A stretch of DNA of 42,368 nucleotides, taken from a virus. Shown here in pieces: positions 35,582-41,972 of the stretch. Under the pieces are notes generated by a model. That model was not told the origin of the DNA and did no database searches. It worked only from the letters and a program-made list of their open reading frames with translations. Where the stretch lies: positions 1-42,368 of IMG/VR virus record IMGVR_UViG_3300033075_000143, one strand, 5' to 3'. Position numbers and translations under genes: made by a program. Positions within the stretch are counted from its first letter, which is position 1; every line of letters starts with the position of its first letter.

Positions 35582-35785
35582 CTAGCTCACCGACTTTTCG
35601 GCGGCGTGCTGACCGAGAAGCTGCATGGCTTCGGACAGTTCACCTTCCGGCGACACGAGCGCGGCCGGCTCGGCCTTGCCGACGATCTGCGAGGCGTAGT
35701 TGAGCATTTCGTTCGTGGCTTCCGCTTCCGTCTCGAAGAGCGCGCCGCTCGGCGTGAGGAAACGCTCGACCTTCTGAATCTGCAT
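35582..35785 (-). CDS. Hypothetical protein (67 aa).
   Basis: ORF coupled to the RuvC-like gene stop. Confidence 0.5.
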   Translation of the reverse strand: MQIQKVERFLTPSGALFETEAEATNEMLNYASQIVGKAEPAALVSPEGELSEAMQLLGQHAAEKSVS

Positions 35786-36285
35786 TATCGTCCCTTTCCA
35801 AGTTTACGCTCGCCCCACAGAGCGAGCATCGCGGCTTCGGCACGACCATCGTGCTTCTGCAACGGCCAGAGGTGCGCGTGGTGCGGCAGCAGCTCGTTGG
35901 CGCGCGCACGGATCACCTTCGAATTGTCAGAGGGACATTTCATTTCGGCCTTCCACACGGACGGCGCGACAGGCTCGACGGAATAGCCAAGCCCGAAGGC
36001 GATCCCGCGCAGCACGCCGCAGCCGAAACCGAAATTGAAAGCGGCCGATGCGGATTGACCGGGCCGCCCGTTGACGTCCTCGATCACGAAATGCGTGGCG
36101 CCGAGCCCCTTGAAAGTGTCGAGCAGCGCGTAGACTTCGGCGATGTTCAGGATCGTGCGCTTCTTCTGGCCGCGCTTGAGCGCCTTCTCCAGCGTCGGCA
36201 TGTCATAGACGTCGAACGCGCCCAACTTCGTGTCGTCGAAGCAGAGAGCGCCTTGGAGGCCCGGATCGCAGGCGACGAGTATCAT
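35785..36285 (-). CDS. RuvC-like Holliday junction resolvase.
   Basis: MILVACDPGLQGA..., VIEDV..., KHDGRAEAAMLALWG. Confidence 0.8.
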   Translation of the reverse strand: MILVACDPGLQGALCFDDTKLGAFDVYDMPTLEKALKRGQKKRTILNIAEVYALLDTFKGLGATHFVIEDVNGRPGQSASAAFNFGFGCGVLRGIAFGLGYSVEPVAPSVWKAEMKCPSDNSKVIRARANELLPHHAHLWPLQKHDGRAEAAMLALWGERKLGKGR

Positions 36286-37838
36286 GCTGCCTCCATCAGC
36301 GCGCGGAGGACTTGGGCCGCGACTTGCGGAACGATTGCATTGCCGCCAATGCGCAGGAGACCCACTCGGCCGGGAAGCCCATCAACCAGAAGACGAATTC
36401 CGGAGCCAACGCGCCGCGCTTTGCCGTCGGCGCCGATGCGCAATTCTGCGTCGCGCCAGAAGGAGTGCCGCAGGCCTGGTCCTCCAAGCGAGCCCGCGCC
36501 ATGCGTTCCCGCGTTCCAAAACCCCGCCCGCCGTTCGCCGTCACCCGCGGCGTTGCCCAGCTCGCGCTCTCCCGCGCCTGTATCGGCAGGTGCGCATTCC
36601 CGCCGCCTTCCGTCTTCGTCGTCCTGCCGCCCTCGCCGTCCGACGCTTTCGGCGTGGCCCATGCGCTCACCTGATCGTTCAGGTTCGCCATGCCGTGGCC
36701 TTCCGCCTTCTTCGCTGCGATGTATTCCGGCGTGTGCGCCGGGAAATGATCGCGCGCCTGTGGCGTCGCCCATTGCGACCCAATAGAGCCGCTGTCTGAT
36801 GTGCGGCGCATCGACGGCGCAAGCCGGGATATCGGTCGTCCCGAAGGCGTAACCGATTGACTCCAAGTCAGAGGAAACTCCGTCGACCCAACTTTCGACA
36901 GCCGCTCCTTCAGCCGGGCCTCCCATTTTGCCAACGGATGCTCCTGCGCCGATGCGCGAAGTTCCTTGATCCCGTCCGCGACCTTCAGGACCGGCTCCTC
37001 GCCCCAGGTATTCATCATCACGTTCAGCGCGAACAGCACCACGCGGACGTTCGTGATCGTGTAGCCAAGCTCCGGGATGATCCGGTCGAGCGAAGGACTG
37101 TCCCACGTCCTGCCCCCGTCCAACCGGAAAGGTAAACCCGAAATCTCGCAGCGCCCCGCGTCGATCCTCGCCTGCAACTGGTCCGCGAACTGGTCGAGAT
37201 CGAAGGGTAAGCCCGCCTGCTTCGCTCGGTAGCGCGCGGCCGTAACCAGCACCGAAGCGCGGTTCTTCTCCCTGTATTTCTGGAAAGAACCCGACCTCTG
37301 CGCCTTCGAGCCAATCCGATAATTCGCCTGCCATTCCCGGCAGCACGTCTTGCATTGCGCGTGCAAGCCACTCGAACTGGCGTGCTTGCCCCGCGTCCGA
37401 TAGAACTCCGAGAAGGTCTTCTCCTGCCCACATCGACTGCACGTCTTTGTCGACTGGCCTTCTTGTGCCTGTGGCGTTGGACACCTGTTCTCCAACCACA
37501 ACGGGCGGTCGACACTCTCGGATGAGGCGAAAGAAGTCGGGCCACAGGTGCCGAGGATCGTCGGCGCCCCTGCCTTTTCCCGCGACGCTGAACGGCTGGC
37601 ACGGGCACGAGCCGGTCCAGAGCGGTCGGTCGTCGGGCCATCCGGCAAGTCGGGCGGCAACGCTCCAGAGGCCGCCTCCGGCGAAGAAATGACACTGTGT
37701 GAAGCCTCGAAGGTCATCCGGCCCGACGTCGGTTATGCTCCGAGTGTCGACTTCGCCGTCTGCGATCACGCCGAGAAGGATCGCCGCGCGTAGCACTTCT
37801 GCTGCGGCAGGCTCGATCTCATTGTAGTACGCCGGCAA
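36282..37838 (-). CDS. DNA (cytosine-5) methyltransferase reading frame (frame A).
   Basis: AYYNEIEP..., HFFAGGGLW (I), GSCPCQPFS (IV), VVVGEQV (VI), APHIRQRLYWVA (VIII), RIGGNAIVPQVAA (X). Probable TTG start at 37838, behind CTGCTAGGGG. The stop overlaps the RuvC ATG. Two internal stretches look off-frame. Confidence 0.65.
   Translation of the reverse strand: MPAYYNEIEPAAAEVLRAAILLGVIADGEVDTRSITDVGPDDLRGFTQCHFFAGGGLWSVAARLAGWPDDRPLWTGSCPCQPFSVAGKGRGADDPRHLWPDFFRLIRECRPPVVVGEQVSNATGTRRPVDKDVQSMWAGEDLLGVLSDAGQARQFEWLARAMQDVLPGMAGELSDWLEGAEVGFFPEIQGEEPRFGAGYGRALPSEAGGLTLRSRPVRGPVAGEDRRGALRDFGFTFPVGRGQDVGQSFARPDHPGAWLHDHERPRGAVRAERDDEYLGRGAGPEGRGRDQGTSRIGAGASVGKMGGPAEGAAVESWVDGVSSDLESIGYAFGTTDIPACAVDAPHIRQRLYWVAMGDATGARSFPGAHAGIHRSEEGGRPRHGEPERSGERMGHAESVGRRGRQDDEDGRRRECAPADTGAGERELGNAAGDGERRAGFWNAGTHGAGSLGGPGLRHSFWRDAELRIGADGKARRVGSGIRLLVDGLPGRVGLLRIGGNAIVPQVAAQVLRALMEAA
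36296..37501 (-). CDS. +1-frame ORF (frame B): zinc-ribbon / HNH-like module, then W-A-T-P repeats and WLMGFPAEW.
   Basis: KTCSRCGQEK...HAQCKTCC; SPSLDRIIPELGYTITNVRVVLFALNVMMN; WATPQARD, WATPKASD, WATPRVTANGG. Third-position GC favours this frame at 37141-37200 and 36661-36720. The start is undefined (in-frame TTGs at 37501 and 37495, ATG only at 37717). Confidence 0.45.
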   Translation of the reverse strand: MWLENRCPTPQAQEGQSTKTCSRCGQEKTFSEFYRTRGKHASSSGLHAQCKTCCREWQANYRIGSKAQRSGSFQKYREKNRASVLVTAARYRAKQAGLPFDLDQFADQLQARIDAGRCEISGLPFRLDGGRTWDSPSLDRIIPELGYTITNVRVVLFALNVMMNTWGEEPVLKVADGIKELRASAQEHPLAKWEARLKERLSKVGSTEFPLTWSQSVTPSGRPISRLAPSMRRTSDSGSIGSQWATPQARDHFPAHTPEYIAAKKAEGHGMANLNDQVSAWATPKASDGEGGRTTKTEGGGNAHLPIQARESASWATPRVTANGGRGFGTRERMARARLEDQACGTPSGATQNCASAPTAKRGALAPEFVFWLMGFPAEWVSCALAAMQSFRKSRPKSSAR

Positions 37839-37873
37839 GCGCTCACCCCTAGCAGAATTGCAGCACTTGTCGC

Positions 37874-37902
37874 ACGATAGCAATTGCTACCGAGAAACGC
37901 AA
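37874..37902 (-). promoter_or_regulatory. Leftward promoter P_L3: -35 TTGCGT, 17-nt spacer, -10 TATCGT. The palindrome TAGCAATTGCTA (37878-37889) occupies the spacer and the first bases of the -10.
   Basis: Read directly. Shares its architecture with three other sites. Confidence 0.55.
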
Positions 37903-38072
37903 GAGCCCCGAAACGTCCTGTGGGGGCTGACGTTCGGGGCTCAAGGGACGCGGATTGCACGCAGGAGCGCACGGCCGCAGCTATTGAGTATCAAACGCTA
38001 CTGATTCGAGCAACAGGTAGCTTGCGCTACCGCAGATACGATTCGGCAATAGTTGTGAATAACGGGTAGACG

Positions 38073-38114
38073 AAAAACCGCGCCGGGTTTCCCCGACGCG
38101 GTTCTTTCGCTTTG
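38073..38114. terminator. Bidirectional intrinsic terminator: AAAAA-[AACCGCGCCGGG / CCCGACGCGGTT stem]-CTTTCGCTTTG.
   Basis: 11 of 12 stem positions pair, with a 4-nt loop. A TTTTT tract follows on the - strand. Confidence 0.65.
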
Positions 38115-38310
38115 CAGCGTCTCGCCCCTGCTAGGTGGGCGCCCCTATTTTATCCAATCCTCGTGGTGCTTCAAGCGGCTGCGTCTGCGGATCGCAACTC
38201 CGATAGGAGGCCCCCGATTTCCGATGCTTTCTCTTCGACGATGTTTGCGAGCTTTTCGTAGGCGGAGGGAGGGAGCATTTCTTCGAGCCGGCCGCTGACG
38301 TAGGCATGGA

Positions 38311-38922
38311 TCAGATCGCCGCTATGGCCGCATCAATTTTCATCTTCTGCGCTTCGAGCGACTGGCGCAGCGCGTGGCGCTGGCGCGCGTCGAGCGTTTC
38401 ATGCACGCGACCGGCGCAGATCGCCTGAACGGTCGAGCGCGGGATCATGACGACATGCGCCACGACCGAATCGCTCGCCCCCGTCGCGTCCTTGTAGAGC
38501 CGCAGCAGCGGCATGTCGTTGACGGGGCGCGGCGCTTTCTGTGTGAAGGCGTGCGGCCCTTTGCCGCGTTGCGGCGCCGGGGTGAAGACAGGCGGCTCGA
38601 TCGCCTCAATGCGCTGCCGCAATTCGGCGTCGCGCGTGGCGTCCTGTGCCTGCTGCGCCGTCACGGCTTCGGCGGGCTTTCCCACAGGAATATGCGCGCG
38701 GGGCGGCGGAGGGGGCGCGGGCGGCGTGGGCTGCGCCTCTACGGCCGCCAGCAGCACGTCGGCAACCAGCTCGCCGTCGTTGGGGTCGACGCCCTTTTCC
38801 CGCGCCAGCACGGCCTCGGCCTCGGCGAACTGCTGCGGGCCGGGCAGGAGGCGGAACGTCGGATCGTCCGCGAGGCACTGCGCGGCCCGGCGAATTACTT
38901 CGTTGCGGTGGTCGGTTTCCAT
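38311..38922 (-). CDS. Early protein with a Pro-rich linker and a C-terminal HTH-like segment.
   Basis: 203 aa. ...SDSVVAHVVMIPRSTVQAICAGRVHE... Confidence 0.5.
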   Translation of the reverse strand: METDHRNEVIRRAAQCLADDPTFRLLPGPQQFAEAEAVLAREKGVDPNDGELVADVLLAAVEAQPTPPAPPPPPRAHIPVGKPAEAVTAQQAQDATRDAELRQRIEAIEPPVFTPAPQRGKGPHAFTQKAPRPVNDMPLLRLYKDATGASDSVVAHVVMIPRSTVQAICAGRVHETLDARQRHALRQSLEAQKMKIDAAIAAI

Positions 38923-39215
38923 TTCCGGGCTTCCTCGATAGTGCGAAAATCCTGGTCGACGAGATAGGCGACGACGCCGGCCAGCGTGCGGAAGTTGCCG
39001 TAGCTCTCCAGCCCGCGCGCCGGCTGGCCGTGGCGCTGGACCGGGGCGAAGACGTTGACGAGATAGCGGGACGGCGCCGGATCGGTATCGCCGCGCGCCA
39101 CGATGGAGGCTACGCGGCCATACCGGCCCGAAACCTCGACGGTATAGAGATTGATTCGCTTCGCCCCCAAGGCGTCGAGAGACGCCAAGGGGAAATCGGT
39201 TTGCAGTTGCGTCAT
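38895..39215 (-). CDS. Hypothetical early protein (106 aa).
   Basis: First ORF after P_L2. CTGCTAGGGG lies 6 nt before the ATG. Confidence 0.5.
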   Translation of the reverse strand: MTQLQTDFPLASLDALGAKRINLYTVEVSGRYGRVASIVARGDTDPAPSRYLVNVFAPVQRHGQPARGLESYGNFRTLAGVVAYLVDQDFRTIEEARKWKPTTATK

Positions 39216-39237
39216 TGTGAACCCCTAGCAGAGTTGA

Positions 39238-39266
39238 TAAATAGCAAATTTGCTACACGGACGCAA
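39238..39266 (-). promoter_or_regulatory. Leftward promoter P_L2: -35 TTGCGT, 17-nt spacer, -10 TATTTA, with the palindrome TAGCAAATTTGCTA (39242-39255).
   Basis: Read directly. Confidence 0.55.
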
Positions 39267-39270
39267 CCGC

Positions 39271-39699
39271 TCACGGGCCGAAACGCCGTCCGGTGAGATA
39301 GGCAAGCCGGCGATTCGCCGCCGACAGGTTGCGGAAGGCGTCGAGCCGCCTTCCGTCGTGCAGGATCACGTATTCGTTGCGCCCGACGCCCTTGCCGGTT
39401 CGCTCGTCTTCACTGAGCGGGCGCACCGCAAGCGCGAGGCGGCCCAGATCGAATGCGGGGTGGCGCCAAAGCCATTGCCGGCCTTCGCCCATGATTCCTA
39501 CGGCGTCGCGCACCTCGGGCGTCCATGACCATCCTAGCCGGCCCCACGTATCGGCGCGGCGATGATCCACCGCACCCGTTGCTTCATCGCCGTAGAAGAT
39601 GCGCACCCACGCGCGCCGCGCCGTTGCGGCCTCAATGGCGGCCGCGCGCTCCGCCGTGAACAGCGGAGCGCGGGATTGGAGAAGAGCGGCGGCCGTCAT
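39271..39699 (-). CDS. Hypothetical early protein (142 aa).
   Basis: ATG 39699 is in an ATGA overlap with the upstream gene. The upstream part of the 295-aa track ORF is the off-frame reading of the hexapeptide repeats. Confidence 0.5.
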   Translation of the reverse strand: MTAAALLQSRAPLFTAERAAAIEAATARRAWVRIFYGDEATGAVDHRRADTWGRLGWSWTPEVRDAVGIMGEGRQWLWRHPAFDLGRLALAVRPLSEDERTGKGVGRNEYVILHDGRRLDAFRNLSAANRRLAYLTGRRFGP

Positions 39700-40319
39700 T
39701 TCAATGCGCCCGCGGCAATCATGCGCTCGAAGTGATCGAGGATTGAATCCGTCTCCGCGCCGAGAGGCGTCCCGCCGCGCGTGCGCGTCCAATGCTCGCG
39801 CGCCTCTTTCATCGTGAAGAATCTGCGACCGGCAGCGATGCGCGGCGCGTTCTTGCCCTGGTGCGTCAGTGTGAACGTGTAACCGTCTGAGCGGGTGGCG
39901 ACAACTATGGGCTTCGACACCCGCGCATTGCCGGACACCTGCGCATTGCCGTACACCCGCGCATTGCCGTACACCCACGCATCGCCGTACACCTGCGCAT
40001 CGCCGTACACCCGCGCATTGCCGTACACCTGCGCATCGCCGGACACCCGCGCATCGCCGTACACCCACGCATCGCCGGACACCTGCGCATTGCCGTACAC
40101 CCGCGCATCGCCGGACACCCACGCATTGCCGGACACCTGCGCATCGCCGGACACCCACGTATTGCCGGACACCTGCGAAAGATTAGCCTCGCTGGATATC
40201 CAGCCGCCGATCGTTCCGGCCTCAGTAAATCCGATCGCTCGCACCGCACGTATGCGCTTCAGCGTCACGCCGAACACGATCTTCGTTTCGCCTGTAAATT
40301 CGTATTTCTTGTCGCTCAT
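39696..40319 (-). CDS. Hexapeptide-repeat (beta-helix-like) protein.
   Basis: 207 aa with 14 consecutive V-[SY]-G-[DN]-[AT]-x units. N-terminal ...LKRIRAVRAIGFTEAGTIGGWISSEANLS. C-terminal ...YTFTLTHQGKNAPRIAAGRRFFTMKEAREHW. Confidence 0.7.
   Translation of the reverse strand: MSDKKYEFTGETKIVFGVTLKRIRAVRAIGFTEAGTIGGWISSEANLSQVSGNTWVSGDAQVSGNAWVSGDARVYGNAQVSGDAWVYGDARVSGDAQVYGNARVYGDAQVYGDAWVYGNARVYGNAQVSGNARVSKPIVVATRSDGYTFTLTHQGKNAPRIAAGRRFFTMKEAREHWTRTRGGTPLGAETDSILDHFERMIAAGALK
39921..40172. repeat. 18-bp tandem repeat array (about 14 units) encoding the hexapeptide repeats.
   Basis: Read directly. Example units are gcattgccggacacctgc and gcatcgccgtacacccgc. Confidence 0.9.
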
Positions 40320-40405
40320 TTTCCAAAACTCCTAGCAGAGAGTTTGAAGCCGCCCCGATTGGCGCTTCGTCCTGCGCACTCGCGAGAATGCGCAGGGTCG
40401 AAACG

Positions 40406-40627
40406 TCAAAAATACTCTTGAGCCCATCTGTCGAAGACGCGATCGTTTTCGCCTTCGAACATTTCAGGGACGGCGGCGCAGTGCTCGACGTTTCGCAACG
40501 CGTCGCTTGTGCAATCGCCGGGCTGGAAATAGACGGACTTGCCGTCTTTCTTGCGGATAAGCGTTGCGCCGACTCGCAAGGCGTAGAAGCTGTAGCGCTT
40601 CGTCTCGAACATCGGAGCGGCGGCCAT
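40406..40627 (-). CDS. Hypothetical early protein (73 aa).
   Basis: ATG 40627 is in a TGATG overlap. Confidence 0.5.
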   Translation of the reverse strand: MAAAPMFETKRYSFYALRVGATLIRKKDGKSVYFQPGDCTSDALRNVEHCAAVPEMFEGENDRVFDRWAQEYF

Positions 40628-40902
40628 CAGAACGCCTCCCCGTAAGCGCTTTCGATACGCTCGCCCGTGTGGGCGCACGTCAGTTCCGTGTCTTCCCAAT
40701 TGACGTCGACCGCTACCACACGCCACCCATCGTCGCACTTATTGGCAATGCTCCAAAGAATGTTGCGACGCTCCGCCTTCGCCGCCTTGAACGAAATAGC
40801 CGCGCCATCGCTGGCGATAAAGTAGAGAGGATATCCGCCCGGCCATGCGTATGCGCCGTTGCGAATTGCGCGCCTGAAATCGTGAATGGTTTCGATTGCC
40901 AT
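40627..40902 (-). CDS. Hypothetical early protein (91 aa), WPGGYP...NWE...C.H family.
   Basis: CTGCTAGGAG lies 8 nt before the ATG. AYAWPGGYPLYFIASDGAAIS...VNWEDTELTCAHTGERIESAY. Confidence 0.55.
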   Translation of the reverse strand: MAIETIHDFRRAIRNGAYAWPGGYPLYFIASDGAAISFKAAKAERRNILWSIANKCDDGWRVVAVDVNWEDTELTCAHTGERIESAYGEAF

Positions 40903-40930
40903 TGTCGTTGCTCCTAGCAGGTGAGCGGGA

Positions 40931-41143
40931 TTAAGCGGTTTCCCTGGCGAGCCTCAACAGTTCGCCGCGATAGTTCGCGAGCCAGCGGAACGCCGGCAGG
41001 TATTCGTCGACGGATTGGCCGCTCCTGGCGATTGCGACCATGCGCCAGTGAAGCGACATGGATCGTTCGTTTGCGGCATTGGCGCCGAATCGACGCACAA
41101 AGCGGCGCGCGACGTAGTAGGCGCGTTCGGAGGGGCGGCGCAT
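40931..41143 (-). CDS. Hypothetical early protein (70 aa from ATG 41143; the track gives 88 aa from 41197).
   Basis: ATG 41143 has a GGACGAGGGG RBS and follows the stop of a short upstream ORF. Confidence 0.45.
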   Translation of the reverse strand: MRRPSERAYYVARRFVRRFGANAANERSMSLHWRMVAIARSGQSVDEYLPAFRWLANYRGELLRLARETA

Positions 41144-41147
41144 GGCG

Positions 41148-41261
41148 TCAACCCCTCGTCCTGCGGAGGCGAACGAGCTGCGACCAGTCAGAGCCATAGC
41201 GGCCGCTATAGGTCGCGCCGTAGCGGCTCGACACGCGAGGGAATGGATTGAAACGGGGCAT
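41148..41261 (-). CDS. Possible 37-aa ORF MPRFNPFPRVSSRYGATYSGRYGSDWSQLVRLRRTRG.
   Basis: TAATG overlap with the upstream gene. The SRYGA motif recalls small phage early proteins. Below the ORF-track size cutoff. Confidence 0.3.
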   Translation of the reverse strand: MPRFNPFPRVSSRYGATYSGRYGSDWSQLVRLRRTRG

Positions 41262-41470
41262 TAGCGCGCCTCCGTCTCGACGGCGCGCAGCAGCGCTGCG
41301 AGCGATGCGTACTCTACGCCGTTACGCACGTACCGCTTGACGTGCGAGACGTAGCGCGCACAGCCATCGTTACGCCCGTTCCATGAGAACAGTAGCGTGT
41401 CGCTGCCGTGAAGCCGGACGACGTGGCCGGCGCCGCGGCCGAACCATTTAGACATTGCGTATTTTGCCAT
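41261..41470 (-). CDS. Hypothetical early protein (69 aa). First gene of the leftward arm.
   Basis: CTGCTAGGAG lies 8 nt before the ATG. It is downstream of P_L1. Confidence 0.5.
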   Translation of the reverse strand: MAKYAMSKWFGRGAGHVVRLHGSDTLLFSWNGRNDGCARYVSHVKRYVRNGVEYASLAALLRAVETEAR

Positions 41471-41501
41471 TGGGCTAGCTCCTAGCAGGTTGAACGCTCA
41501 T

Positions 41502-41530
41502 TGATTAGCAATTTTGCTAGAGCGTGTCAA
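41502..41530 (-). promoter_or_regulatory. Leftward promoter P_L1: -35 TTGACA, 17-nt spacer, -10 TAATCA, with the palindrome TAGCAATTTTGCTA (41506-41519).
   Basis: Read directly. Confidence 0.6.
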
Positions 41531-41575
41531 ACGCTATTTTGCGCTCCGCCCGATCAATCCGCTTCCGAAACGATT

Positions 41576-41690
41576 ATCCGCCGCTTCTGGCCGCGCCTAT
41601 TCGATAGCATTCGATATCCCGAAACGCTCGTAATCGCGATAGTAATCGCTCGTAATTCCTTCGTAATTCATCGAAACGGCTAGTAATCGC
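41576..41690. repeat. Iteron-like cluster: CGAAACG x3 (41576, 41620, 41672), ATTCGATA x2 (41599, 41609), and GTAATYSM x5 (41630, 41642, 41652, 41663, 41683; mostly 10-12 bp apart).
   Basis: Read directly. An AT-rich stretch follows at 41735-41775. Confidence 0.6.
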
Positions 41691-41789
41691 TCTACAATTC
41701 CATCGCAACGGCGTCGATTCGTGCGCTCTACTGCATATCTTCAATCTATTCTTATTTTCTCTTCCTGTTTTACCCTAAAGGCGCTTCGG

Positions 41790-41868
41790 AAGGGGTAGAG
41801 AGGGGAACCCCTTTAGGGGGTTTCCCGCTCTATCCCCTTTCCTGCGCCACGGCCGGTTTGGGGTAGAG
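41790..41868. repeat. GGGGTAGAG x2 direct (41792, 41860) plus an inverted near-copy CTCTATCCCC (41828). The first and the inverted copy close a compound hairpin around GGGGAACCCCTTTAGGGGGTTTCCC.
   Basis: Read directly. Confidence 0.6.
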
Positions 41869-41972
41869 CTACAGAGAGGCCCAAAGAGGCCGTTTAGGTC
41901 GTCTCGGCTACTAGGGTAGCTTGGCGGTCTGCCGAGCCTATCCAGCGGCCACGGCTGTTCGCCGCAGACCCC

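Noticed and set aside
36869-37468. An intein or a group I intron carrying a homing endonuclease as the explanation for the insertion in the MTase gene.
   Set aside because: The endonuclease-like text is in the +1 frame, so it cannot be an in-frame intein. The ~600-nt insertion is almost entirely ORF, which leaves no room for a ~200-nt group I core. The observation is kept as an open finding rather than given this label.
38115-38310. A short - strand reading ...LIHAYVSGRLEEMLPPSAYEKLANIVEEKASEIGGLLSELRSADAAA, in the -1 frame just after the stop of 38311..38922. It could be an extension by frameshifting or a separate small gene.
   Set aside because: The codon usage is good. However, there is no start codon with an RBS other than an internal ATG (35 aa), and I could identify no slippery site. 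The evidence is too thin for a call.
39700-40158. The N-terminal 153 codons of the 295-aa track ORF (GVRRCAGVRQC... repeats), and the 114-aa ORF at 39905..40249.
   Set aside because: These are alternative-frame readings of the 18-bp hexapeptide repeat array. The real downstream gene starts at ATG 39699.
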